Shown here: one piece after another, positions 28,247-38,900 of the stretch | Layout: every line of letters begins with the position of its first letter | How positions within the stretch are numbered: position 1 is the stretch's first letter | From: a virus | Lineage: Duplodnaviria > Caudoviricetes | IMG/VR virus record: IMGVR_UViG_3300029319_000047 | Span: 1 to 59,705 of that record | DNA length: 59,705 bases | Strand: one strand, 5' to 3' | Program-made: the position numbers and the translations under genes | Notes under the pieces: model-generated | Seen by the model: the letters and a program-made list of their open reading frames with translations, nothing else | Databases searched by the model: none | Told to the model about the DNA's origin: nothing

Positions 28247-30696
28247 TGTCCACCTTTAAGCGTGATGGTTGGGTTAGTTCCGTTTAGATTTCCATAAAGA
28301 AAACTAGAATCATCTTCAGGTACTCCAGTTATTTTCCACATGACCGTGGGATATGTGCATTTTCCCACTCGTGGATTTCCTTCGTAACCTTGTCTTCTGC
28401 TTGAGGTTCGGTTATCAGTAATTGAAGTTGTGTTAGAATATAAAATATCTCCTACTGGGACAATGAACCCACTAAACCTCTCTCCACCTCTCTCTGACAC
28501 AGTGACTCCCTGATCTGTTACATATGGCGCTGGGAATCTTGGGTTAGGATTATTGGAGGTCTCCGCTGTGAAAGCGACATAAATTGTAAATTCATCAAAA
28601 CCTTTTTCTACCCAAGTGCCAAAATAACAACCAGTCGAAGTTCTATTATATGTATTTCCTGAATGATTTTGAGCTAGGCAGTTAATCAGGCTAACATCCA
28701 CGTTGTAATCAGCAAGCCAAGATGGTCTCGCAAATTTTATTTTCTTAGAAACATAATGAAAATAAACATTTGCAACTGCATCATAAACAAAAGTGTTTAT
28801 AAAGTTTCTACATCTACCAGAGGGTGAAGCATTTTCCGATGGTGTAACTCGACCTCTGTTACTTCCAGCGACGATTGATTGATCAGGCACATCACGCGGC
28901 GATCTCCCAGAAATAAAGGTATTAATATAATCATTAGGGAAAAACCCTTTTTCTTCAATGTCTTGTTGGATACACCATTGAGATAAGTCCCAATCTGGAT
29001 AATCTGGGACATTTATCTGTGCTAGTCCACTGCCAAATGCATAGGTTGATGTGATGTGGTTTTTAATTGTGGTTATAGCATCATTATCTGGATTATTATC
29101 AGAAGCAAAAACGCCCTGCCAGTAATCGAATAAAGCACCTTCTGGGCCAAAATTGTAGCCACCAAAAATATAGCCTGTTGCTAGGGTATTAATTTGAGCC
29201 CTCGCATCGTTCACTTCTTCATTGGCAGCTATTCTTGAATTTAAATTATTGTATAATCGGTTAATTTCATAATCTAAATGTGATTTACCGACTGCTGGAT
29301 TGGCTAGAGAAAGCTGTGGGAACGCTGCTCCAAGGCCAGCCCGCTCATTATAAGTAAGCTCCGCAGTTCTAAACAATGGTCTAATATCAATGACATCTGA
29401 ACTTAAAACTACCTGCGAGTTTCCCTGAACAAAAACATAAGCTACAGGAAGAATAGATTGCCCAACAAGCTCATAAGCATTGTCTTCTAGACTTTGAGAA
29501 ATTAAGGGAGCTATGTTAAGGAGATCATCAGGAGCAGGGAAGCTGCCTCGCACTGAAGTTACAATATCATTTGCTGAGGTGCTCGTAAAGCCCATATCTG
29601 TATTGTATTGATCCCCAGGGGCCGCTAGGATGGAATCATTGGTTTGCTCCTTATACCCTGCTGCAAGGTCGGAAATTTTTGCCTCAAAATTAGCTCTAAT
29701 ACCCGCGCCCTTGACAACGCCAAGAGTAGGTTTACTAATTCTATCCAAAGAGCCATTTCGAATAATTCTAACGGAGCTTGTGTCTACGGGTTTACTGTAA
29801 ATAAAGACTAAATCAATTCTTTGCTGGACGTTATCTACAGAAACACTGTTACCATTAGCATCAGTATACGAGAAGTCTTCAGGATCAAACTGAGGGATTT
29901 GAATAGTAAGCTCATCATCGACATCAACTATGGCTGTTCTAGATACACCACGCCAAGCTTTGATAAAGTAGCTTTCTGTTAAAGGAAATTTTGACCATCC
30001 ATAGTTACTATTCGTAGTTTCATAACTTGGTAAAGCAAATTCATCTGTATTAGCGCCCTCAGATTTTGCCCAAAGAATAGCTTCAGTTATGAGGAAGGGG
30101 GACTTAGAAGCTCCCCCACCAGGGAGGTTAAACTCTGGCCCCCCATAAGTTAGCCAAGATCTAGATTGGTCTATATCAACGCCAGTGATATTTACTACTT
30201 GATCAGTATTAACAACAGGCCAAGTGAACGCTCTTTCCACCAGACCATTCATTCCTAGCGCATTTTCTGTAACAGCTTGTTTAAACCGATCTAAGGCTGC
30301 TGATAGTAATTCGTTTCCTACTTGGGCTCCAGGGTTTGGAGTAACCGCTGCCCAAGCGTCTAGGTCGTCGATTGCTTCGCCTAAGACCTTCCTAAGATAA
30401 GCAAGCGGCGTTCTAGTCGAAGCGTCATTAATTCTAGCTGAATAACGTCCAGGCTTTACTCTAACCAATCTATCCGCACCAGTGGCGTAGGGCAGTAGTT
30501 CGTCAATATCAGCCCGCTTCACTCCTGTTAGCCTGTTAGCATCCTTTCTAACTTGATCTTTCAACCACAGGCAATTTTCCTGAAGCTGTTTAAGAGGAAT
30601 GTTATCTACTTCAAAGTAGTAAGGATCATTCGCTTTAAAGAAACGAATAGGATCGGTGAACCTATAATTACTTTCTTGATATATTTGTTCGGCCAT
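28243..30696 (-). CDS. Putative baseplate-attached fibre protein
   Basis: 817 aa; N-terminal DNIPLKQLQENCLWLK resembles fibre attachment helices and is shared with the upstream ORF. Confidence 0.65.
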   Translation of the reverse strand: MAEQIYQESNYRFTDPIRFFKANDPYYFEVDNIPLKQLQENCLWLKDQVRKDANRLTGVKRADIDELLPYATGADRLVRVKPGRYSARINDASTRTPLAYLRKVLGEAIDDLDAWAAVTPNPGAQVGNELLSAALDRFKQAVTENALGMNGLVERAFTWPVVNTDQVVNITGVDIDQSRSWLTYGGPEFNLPGGGASKSPFLITEAILWAKSEGANTDEFALPSYETTNSNYGWSKFPLTESYFIKAWRGVSRTAIVDVDDELTIQIPQFDPEDFSYTDANGNSVSVDNVQQRIDLVFIYSKPVDTSSVRIIRNGSLDRISKPTLGVVKGAGIRANFEAKISDLAAGYKEQTNDSILAAPGDQYNTDMGFTSTSANDIVTSVRGSFPAPDDLLNIAPLISQSLEDNAYELVGQSILPVAYVFVQGNSQVVLSSDVIDIRPLFRTAELTYNERAGLGAAFPQLSLANPAVGKSHLDYEINRLYNNLNSRIAANEEVNDARAQINTLATGYIFGGYNFGPEGALFDYWQGVFASDNNPDNDAITTIKNHITSTYAFGSGLAQINVPDYPDWDLSQWCIQQDIEEKGFFPNDYINTFISGRSPRDVPDQSIVAGSNRGRVTPSENASPSGRCRNFINTFVYDAVANVYFHYVSKKIKFARPSWLADYNVDVSLINCLAQNHSGNTYNRTSTGCYFGTWVEKGFDEFTIYVAFTAETSNNPNPRFPAPYVTDQGVTVSERGGERFSGFIVPVGDILYSNTTSITDNRTSSRRQGYEGNPRVGKCTYPTVMWKITGVPEDDSSFLYGNLNGTNPTITLKGGQ

Positions 30697-33600
30697 CAGT
30701 TGTCCCTCGAAAGATCAAAGATTGCTGCGGATTTAAATCCTAGTGAACCAGAAGTATCTCCTGGATAAGGCTCTGAGCCTCTATTAGTATCACTTCTAGC
30801 TCTAGTAAGAGTAACTCTTCTTGGAGTTCCAGCTATGCCTACGCTTGCATGCTGAGAATTAGCAAAAGTTCTAGCAGCAGACTCGTCTAGGATACACTGA
30901 GAAGGATCATCATCTAGCATTTCTGAACAATAATAAAATCCAGAAGTCCAAAGCTGATCAGGAACCCCATCGCCATTTGAATCGTAAGACAACCTTAATA
31001 GATCTGGGAAGTCTCCACTAGCGTTTAACTTGCCTGTTGGAACAACTGCTGAGAGAGGAGCAGAGCAGTTATATCCTTGAGCAAAAATTTGATACGCTGG
31101 GCCAACAACTCCAGAGAAGTTTCCGCTATGCGGAAAGGATCCTTTGAAATATCCACTAAGATCCGTTTGTAAAATTTTTGCGCTAGATTTAGGAGTAAAA
31201 TAAATTCTAAACGGCCCTTGATTTCTACTGGCATGAGGACCAGCGCCGATTAGATAAGTTTTAGTGCCACTAACATTAATACCTGCATCACCAAGAGCAG
31301 TCGCTGTTTCATTATTAAGTGCTCCTGACACAGGATAAACTCTATCAAAGGTGCTATTTACATCCACGCCTGAAGGCACGGCCCAAACACTACTTCCCGC
31401 TCCAAAAACATCCAGAACACTTAAACTACCAGTGTCAGGTGTGAGGGCAGGGGCACCAAAAGCTGCTCTATTATGAAGATCACCAGAGTCTGTTCCATTA
31501 AAGGAGGAAGCCCAGAAGGCGCTGGGTCCATGATATTGTGTGCTGATAGGATGCATACCACTCACAGAGAGATACGAGGCGTTTAGTCTGGAAGTATCAG
31601 CGATATTCCAAATCATGAATCTATTACAATCGCTACCGCTGGTGGTATAGTAAAAGCCATCAAGCGGAGAGCCATTAGTGCCCAAGGGGAAGTGAACATT
31701 TTTAGCATTTACTACGCTGTTCTCTGTAGCTCTAACCGCAACTCCCCCTTGTGTAATTTTTGCCTGAGTTCCATAAGTGGGTGCTGAATTAATTATTGCT
31801 TGTTTTATAAAGAAGCGGTTCAAACCAGTGAAAGGATCAAAGGTAGGAATTGTTCCTGGATTAAAAGCAAGACCAGCGGCAGCGGTTATATCGTCTAATT
31901 TGCCCTCGTTTACAGCGTTGTCATCTTGTGGGTTTGGGTAAAACTGAAGGCACCCAGATGCAGTGTATGAGCTAGTGTCAAAAGTAGCAAGATCATAGTC
32001 AGCACCAAAATCAAGGAACTCTGTTCCAGCGGCTGTTCTGGGCCAATTGACTGAATATGCTCCAAGATCAGTTAGATTTATAGTAGAATTTTTATTTGCA
32101 ACCAAGCATGCCCTAGTAGCGTGTAGTTCCACTGACGTATGATTCTCTCCATCTTCCAGATCAAAACTGCTAACTTCTAAAGCATATTCATTTCTTTTCC
32201 TGGCAGGTTCAATATTAAGGACGGAGTTATCTTCAACTAAAACATCAACACCAAACTGACCTATCGCGGTTGGTCCATGCAAGTTAATTGTTGAGTTATT
32301 TGAGCCGTAAATTCCAGCCATCTTCTTCTGAAAATTAAGCCCTGCTGGTCCAAATATAAAGTTGCATCCAGTTTTGCTACCAAACAAGGAAACCTTTGAC
32401 GAGTTAACAGCTTTAATAGCTCTTCCAAAGGAGGGTAGATTAGCAAAATTATCTGCTGTTTTTGTAACTTGAATATTTGGATGAATAAGATCTAAAATTG
32501 ATCCATCATTTACTGAGATTGAAGGGAGCGCATATCTTGTCTGACCCTCATCCCAGGTTATTGCACCATGTGAATCAAAGAATCTACAGTTTCCGTAGAT
32601 CGTAGGAGTGCTATTTTTTCTTACAAAGCCAAATGAGCTATTATTTTGAAGACTAATGTGCTGTGCATTAGCAGATAGGTCTAGTTGCTGTCTATCACTT
32701 TGCCCAGCACTGCCAGGACTGGCTGCGGAATCAAAGATAAATTTTGAGTTTCTACTGATGATGGCCTCATTACTGTGTGCCTCTACACAAAGATTCTCAA
32801 AAATAAACTTTGAGTTGTCTGCCTGAATCCCTTTGTTGTTTCCATAAACATCAACAAGACCCTCAAGATCCACCACAGAATTATTTAAGATAAATCCAAA
32901 GCCCGTGTTAAGCTCTGCACCTGTAATGCTTGCTCTATCAGCCACAGTAGAAATTAACCTCTGCACACCACCAGTGAGCTTAGAGTTATCTAAAACAAAA
33001 CCAGCATAGTTTCTAGAGGAGATTAACTTGCAGTCAGAACCCGAAGCTCCGTTATCCCCAATCGAAGTGAAGTCGAATCCAAGAGGAACGGAGCTAACAG
33101 TTACTTCACTATTTACAGCGTGGAAGCCAAAACCAACTTCAGAAGCACGAGTGGTCGTAGTTTCTAGAGTGTAGTTTCTATAAGCAAAGGCGGATCTAGA
33201 GAGCGTTACATCAGAATTATTGAATTTAAAGCCAGCCTTTTTACATCTTACAGAGGCACAGTTCTCTAGCACAACCTTCGAGTTGACCACTTCGATACCA
33301 TTTTCATTTACCGCTGCTGTGTTCTTCGCGCCATCAACAAAGAAGTTTCTTATGAAAATTGGGCCATCACAGTTCTTAACAGAAATTTTGCCAAGAGTAT
33401 TGAAGTGCATATTGCCTCCAATTAGAGTGCCAGCTTCCGCCACATCCCTGATTATTTCACTATCATCAGACTGTTTGGTACAACTCGTGTCAAGTTTCGC
33501 AAGGGTATTATCAAATGTTGTATCCACAACATGTTCATAAGGATTCGCAGAAAATCTATTTGCCTGGATGAACCCTGGATCTTGTCCAATGCCTACAGCG

Positions 33601-34250
33601 AGTGGCGCTTTTCTTAAAGCGTGCTTAGGATAAACAATTCTGTTACAATTGTTTACGGCTCTGATATCACCTCCTGCTCCACTAAACACCAAGGCTGAGA
33701 TATGCACACAAGAAGCATCATTCAACGCATTACTAGTGTCCAAAGAACTAAGCTTCAATGGTATGTTGTGGCTTGAATTTTGTGCTGGGGCTTGAACGCT
33801 GCGTACATCACTAGAGGCATCATAAAATCTAGCAAAGTTTCTATTGATGATTTCAATAGATCCGCCCTCTTCAATTCGGAAATTATGTAGCTCTAAGTCC
33901 CCAATATCACCAAAGCTCCCGACCTCTACAAGAACAGGGAATCTTACGACTTTAGGAATAGCCGCAATACAAGAGCTTAGTTGTGTGAAGATATTTCTAT
34001 TTGCAGCGAGACTAGTTGAATCAGCATCAGCGGATACACTTAAGGCAAGCCCTGGAACTCCAGCGGATGTGGTAAATCCCTGCTGCTCCCAAAGCTCGTA
34101 TGTTCTATCTTCTAGGTCATAGATGGGAAGATTGTCCTGCTCCCAGTTATAAAAAGAGCTAGTGTCAAACTTGTGAACATAAGGAACCCACTCATTAAAT
34201 AGTTGGACGCTCCCGCTAGATGTGTAAATGTCGTTAGGATTAAAAGGCAT
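30696..34250 (-). CDS. Putative tailspike/fibre with parallel beta-helix
   Basis: 1184 aa; recurring NS.V/I/L turns (VVNSKV, FNNSDV, AVNSEV, LDNSKL, LNNSVV, ADNSKF, SRNSKF). Confidence 0.7.
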   Translation of the reverse strand: MPFNPNDIYTSSGSVQLFNEWVPYVHKFDTSSFYNWEQDNLPIYDLEDRTYELWEQQGFTTSAGVPGLALSVSADADSTSLAANRNIFTQLSSCIAAIPKVVRFPVLVEVGSFGDIGDLELHNFRIEEGGSIEIINRNFARFYDASSDVRSVQAPAQNSSHNIPLKLSSLDTSNALNDASCVHISALVFSGAGGDIRAVNNCNRIVYPKHALRKAPLAVGIGQDPGFIQANRFSANPYEHVVDTTFDNTLAKLDTSCTKQSDDSEIIRDVAEAGTLIGGNMHFNTLGKISVKNCDGPIFIRNFFVDGAKNTAAVNENGIEVVNSKVVLENCASVRCKKAGFKFNNSDVTLSRSAFAYRNYTLETTTTRASEVGFGFHAVNSEVTVSSVPLGFDFTSIGDNGASGSDCKLISSRNYAGFVLDNSKLTGGVQRLISTVADRASITGAELNTGFGFILNNSVVDLEGLVDVYGNNKGIQADNSKFIFENLCVEAHSNEAIISRNSKFIFDSAASPGSAGQSDRQQLDLSANAQHISLQNNSSFGFVRKNSTPTIYGNCRFFDSHGAITWDEGQTRYALPSISVNDGSILDLIHPNIQVTKTADNFANLPSFGRAIKAVNSSKVSLFGSKTGCNFIFGPAGLNFQKKMAGIYGSNNSTINLHGPTAIGQFGVDVLVEDNSVLNIEPARKRNEYALEVSSFDLEDGENHTSVELHATRACLVANKNSTINLTDLGAYSVNWPRTAAGTEFLDFGADYDLATFDTSSYTASGCLQFYPNPQDDNAVNEGKLDDITAAAGLAFNPGTIPTFDPFTGLNRFFIKQAIINSAPTYGTQAKITQGGVAVRATENSVVNAKNVHFPLGTNGSPLDGFYYTTSGSDCNRFMIWNIADTSRLNASYLSVSGMHPISTQYHGPSAFWASSFNGTDSGDLHNRAAFGAPALTPDTGSLSVLDVFGAGSSVWAVPSGVDVNSTFDRVYPVSGALNNETATALGDAGINVSGTKTYLIGAGPHASRNQGPFRIYFTPKSSAKILQTDLSGYFKGSFPHSGNFSGVVGPAYQIFAQGYNCSAPLSAVVPTGKLNASGDFPDLLRLSYDSNGDGVPDQLWTSGFYYCSEMLDDDPSQCILDESAARTFANSQHASVGIAGTPRRVTLTRARSDTNRGSEPYPGDTSGSLGFKSAAIFDLSRDN

Positions 34251-34251
34251 T

Positions 34252-34872
34252 TTAGAAATTTAGTGTCCAACGGAAAATGAGACTGAAATCATCAGTCTTT
34301 CGGATATTACTAAATGTACGATAACAAACTAAAATAGGTCTATCATCGTTGCTTCCCGTAGGATTTTTCATGAACATACCTATCTCATTAAGATTTAAAT
34401 CTGCGGAGTTTCTACTTATACCATTACATGCCTCCTCATCCAAGACAAGCGTATATCTAACCGAGGAATCTCCGATTCTTGTGATTTTATTAGCAGGTAT
34501 TCTAGCGAACGCTCTATTAGTTGCCTCCGCTCCATCTACAAGCTGGTTGTTAACAGATATAAAAAGATTACTACCTGCGCCATATTCAGTATCAGTAAGT
34601 TGTCCTGATAATTGAAAGATACCACTAGTTACTCCTCCAGCAGGAGGACCAGAAACGCCAACCTGGAAACGATCAATCTGATAATCTAGAACTGTATCTG
34701 ATCCTGAGCCTGTGAATAAATAGGATAGACCCACACCCATGCCAGATACAATGATATTACTATCATCCAAAAGAACTTCTTCCTGACCATCTCTCCACTG
34801 TCGGATGATAGTCAGATGTCCGTTTATGCCCATATCTTCAGCAAAATTTTTCATCGGAAATGTATTCTCCAC
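34252..34872 (-). CDS. Baseplate wedge/fibre-attachment protein
   Basis: NIIVSG, LNEIGMF, RTF..IRK..DFSLIFRWTL pattern typical of myophage baseplate proteins. Confidence 0.6.
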   Translation of the reverse strand: MENTFPMKNFAEDMGINGHLTIIRQWRDGQEEVLLDDSNIIVSGMGVGLSYLFTGSGSDTVLDYQIDRFQVGVSGPPAGGVTSGIFQLSGQLTDTEYGAGSNLFISVNNQLVDGAEATNRAFARIPANKITRIGDSSVRYTLVLDEEACNGISRNSADLNLNEIGMFMKNPTGSNDDRPILVCYRTFSNIRKTDDFSLIFRWTLNF

Positions 34873-35945
34873 TTGATAGTAAGGTCTTCATACTTATCAA
34901 CATCAGTAATATGTGTCAAGTCTTTACTTAAGCCTTTTCTACAGAACAACTTGTACTTTCTAGGATTATTTAGTACACTAAACGCAAACGGTGGTGTATT
35001 TCCATTCAGAAGTGATCGTTCCATGTCAATGGTCCAAAGACCTAGATGTGTGATACCTCCATATGCGTGAGCAAAGTTGCAATCTCCAGAAGCTAAACTA
35101 ACGGTGTATTCTGCAAAAGGAAAACCTTCATTAGTTTCTTCAGCGGGAGCAGACAGGCATAAGCCACTAGCACCACCACTAAATTGTAGTCCAGCATTAG
35201 GAACGGAACTCATGACCATATTAACAAAGCCAGACAGATCCATGGAGCTAACTTCATTGAAGAAGCCACCGTCTATTACTGCAAATTTTTCTGCTCCACC
35301 TGTAGGTCTATACGCTATCCTATTTATGGCTAACGAATATGGCGCACTGCTTCCATCAGGAAAAGCTCCCATCAGAGAGGCAGCCACACTTGCAGAAGTA
35401 GTGCTATCAAAAACAGTGCTATCGTACACAGAAGAATAGATGGCTGACGGTATAAAGTTAGTTAGCTGACCATTACCAGGGGTTATAGCACTAACTGAAT
35501 ACTCTTTACCTGCGCTGTCAGGCAATTTAGACGATACACTGGTATCCTCTTCTAAAACAGCCATGGCAGGATTTGGGCTATCTGGTAACCCAATTACAGC
35601 AGGGAATCCCACGCCAGGGTTGTTAGGCAAACTGTTTACGGCAAGCATTCCTAAGAGCCCGTCTAAATGATTGTCCCGTCTACTACCAGTAAGCTGCTGT
35701 AAAGAATCTTCTCCCAAAGCATGTGCGTTTGCTCTAAAGGCGTCCTTACCAGTTCCAAACGATATGGCATTGATTCTGTAGTTAGAAGCATCTAGAATAG
35801 ATGAGGTAGCATGATCTTCTATACCTGAAAGAGAGGGAGATACAGTCATGATGTCAGCCAATAACTCTCCAGCACCATCAACAAGCATGTTGGGCTCTTC
35901 AAGGATTAACTTATCCCCTCTCCATACTTCTACTACTCCTCTCAT
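34851..35945 (-). CDS. Baseplate protein, paralog of 34252..34872
   Basis: NMLVDG, ISFGTG, ITHLGLW, LTIKWRIHF. Confidence 0.55.
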   Translation of the reverse strand: MRGVVEVWRGDKLILEEPNMLVDGAGELLADIMTVSPSLSGIEDHATSSILDASNYRINAISFGTGKDAFRANAHALGEDSLQQLTGSRRDNHLDGLLGMLAVNSLPNNPGVGFPAVIGLPDSPNPAMAVLEEDTSVSSKLPDSAGKEYSVSAITPGNGQLTNFIPSAIYSSVYDSTVFDSTTSASVAASLMGAFPDGSSAPYSLAINRIAYRPTGGAEKFAVIDGGFFNEVSSMDLSGFVNMVMSSVPNAGLQFSGGASGLCLSAPAEETNEGFPFAEYTVSLASGDCNFAHAYGGITHLGLWTIDMERSLLNGNTPPFAFSVLNNPRKYKLFCRKGLSKDLTHITDVDKYEDLTIKWRIHFR

Positions 35946-38900
35946 CAGTTATTGAACTCCACTTCTGTATAGTTTTCATGTGTACCGTTGGTATGCTTTA
36001 CCCATTCTGGGGAGATTCTATAGTTAAGTCTACTTCCTCCACTTACTTCCAGAATACCAGAGGTAATCGTAGCATCTCTAGAAGCAAGATTTGTAGCATA
36101 AACACCTGTGCCTTGGCCTATCAATCCATTATAGAACTTTAAAATATCTCTAAGTTGATCTTTAGATAGCTCTAATTTAGTTTCCTTAGCAAAAGGGCGT
36201 AAAGGGGTTCCTTTACTTAGAATACCATACCCAGTTCCTATGCCCGCACGATCACGAAGTGTCTTATCCTGTAATTCAATAGAATCAATTAATAAATATT
36301 TTTCTGAGTCAAGGTTTGGTAAGAAAAAGATTTCTACAATATAATTAGTAGAATCCATATTAACTTGCTCTGTTATGATGTATTCACTTTCTTGAATTGG
36401 AATAATTTTTAAATACTCAGAATTATTTTGATCAGTGAAGTTTCTAGTGTCAAAGTTGATAGAGAAAGTTTCAAAATAGCTTTCTTTTATATTTCCTAAA
36501 GAAACATTATTTACTGCTTGTTCTGTTTTTATAGTGTTTCCTAAGCAAAAAACTTTTTCGTCTCTATCTGGACTCTTGAACTCAAAGTTATAAATATGTG
36601 CTAAAGTATTTTTAACTACATCTATGGATATTCTATTTTCTCTTATGGGTTCCCACTTTCCTCTGGGTGTCCAACTCCACACTAACCCGTCCTTGCCGCC
36701 ACCACTCGCATCGGTGTGAATCCAAACTCCCAGCTTTCCCCCTCCAAGAGTATTAGAATACTCTTCAGCAACTAAAGACTTTATCTTTAATTCAAATTCA
36801 TGATCCTTAATAAATCTATTTCTTCTCTCACCATACGAAGATAAATCAAATCGAATCCTGGGTAATCCTCCTTGAGACTTGCATTTAATTATTCTGTTAC
36901 CAACTAGATAATTTTCTAATCCAGGGACTTTAAATTTTGAATCTATATCAAAAATAGAAAATTGATTTTGTGTGGGTGCGCCCGAAATATCACAAAACTC
37001 AATGCCGCTTAAAATATTAGGATTACGGAACTCGGCGTTATTAACCTTACCAGCAATAAATGTTCCCGATAGGGGCACTACGCCTTGTCGAGTTGAAGAG
37101 GCAATGTATGTTCCGTTAGCACTTTCATTCCATACGTTTACAGTGTTGATTGGGGTAGCGGAATTGACACTGGAGGCCACAAAATTACTAACTTCTGATC
37201 CATCAAGCTTTAGATCACAATTGTAAAGACCCAATCCAAATACATGCCCAAAAATGTTTCCTCCCGTTTTTTCTATCTCAGTTAAGCCTAGTGGGTGTTT
37301 TGCGAAATACTTGCAATAATCTTGGTGAACTTTTTGGATTCCTCTACCGAAACTAAAGTTTTCATAGTCAGCGAACGAGTTTAGTACGAGACCACTAGCC
37401 ACCGCCTCATTGGCTAGACTTTGAGCGTTATTTTTCCAATAAGAATCAGAGTCATAGACAGTGGTGCCTGAAAGTATTTGAGTAGCATTAAAAAGGGCCT
37501 TAGCCTCAAATATCTCATGCATTGTGTTGTAAAGTTCAGGCAGTTGGCCTCGATCCACATATCTCGCTGTGGCGGATGCGTTTGCATCACGAGCGACTGA
37601 TCCTAATTCAAATAATCCCCGATAGGGAAAAGTATTACTAGTATCAATACTAGAAAAAGCTCTGCTAGAATCAAGGTCTTCACAAATATCCCAGACCCCA
37701 GAAGGGCTTACGGGGTCTACAACAGGGTGAAACTTGCCAGCAGAGGCCACATAACCTAGTGTAAGCTCTCCTAACGAGGAAGGCATGGATAGCTCTAGAG
37801 TCGAAGGATCGTAGCTCACAGGGCCATTGAAGCCCGTTCTATCGTAGTATCCTTCGTGAGGCAGAAGATACTTTAGGTTGCGTCTGCGTAAAGCGCGACG
37901 AGCAACAGATCCAAGATCAGCAACAGTAGAGGTCCCTGACAATAAAGGATCTGAAATATTATCTACGTCAGTTCTTCTAAACTTGTTAGTCTCAGAATTT
38001 AGCTCCATCAGAACTCCGCTAAACTCAAAGTTTCCGAAGATTGAGGCTGAAGTATAACTAGCTCTAGAATCATCATGATCTAAGGCAAGATACTCCATTC
38101 TGGTGCTGCTGGTTTCGAATGAATCTTCAGCACTCGCGGCTAAGTTTACCCGTGTGATTGCGTGCGCTGGTGAGAACTCCCTGGCTGTCCTAGCTGCTTC
38201 ATACAGAGCATATCTTCCATCTCCCTCTAAAGTAGTTTTTGAAAAATCAAAATCTGTATCCTTGAAGTTTATAAAGAGATGTGAAGACTTTCCATTCCAC
38301 AAAGAAATAAGATTTTTCTCATAGTCAGAAATACTCAGCATTACGTCGTTAAAGTTTGATGGTGTCTGCTCAGAGCTAAAGAACATTAAAAATTCATTTA
38401 ATGATCCTAAATCACTGTCATCTGTCACCGCACTACTGACAATAAAGTTACCTACTTGATCTGCAAAGTCTTCTCTGACCTGGAAACACTTAAGACGCTC
38501 AACTAATAGATCCACCATGGGCTTAGTAACAGAGCTATCACGATAGTATTTTACTTCTTCAAAAGGGGGTATAGGATAATTATTTTTACCTCTGTAATTA
38601 AAAAGGAACTCTAAATCCCCCTTGAATTTGAGATATATGGGGCGCTCTCCTACAGGATGCTCTATCCCCGCCATATACACACCCTCACCTAAAGGACCAT
38701 TTCCAACTGCTGCGTCAAAGGCGTTACTCTCTCCATTTATTTTAGCACTTAGTTTTAGAGATTCGAATGACGAATCATTTATGCTATGAATATGGAAAGG
38801 CTTCATTGCAGGGTCTCCTACAATTGTGTATATTTCCGTTTCGTTTCCGTCGTTATCGAGAACATAAAACTGTGGGACTGAAAAAGGTCTACCATTAAAT

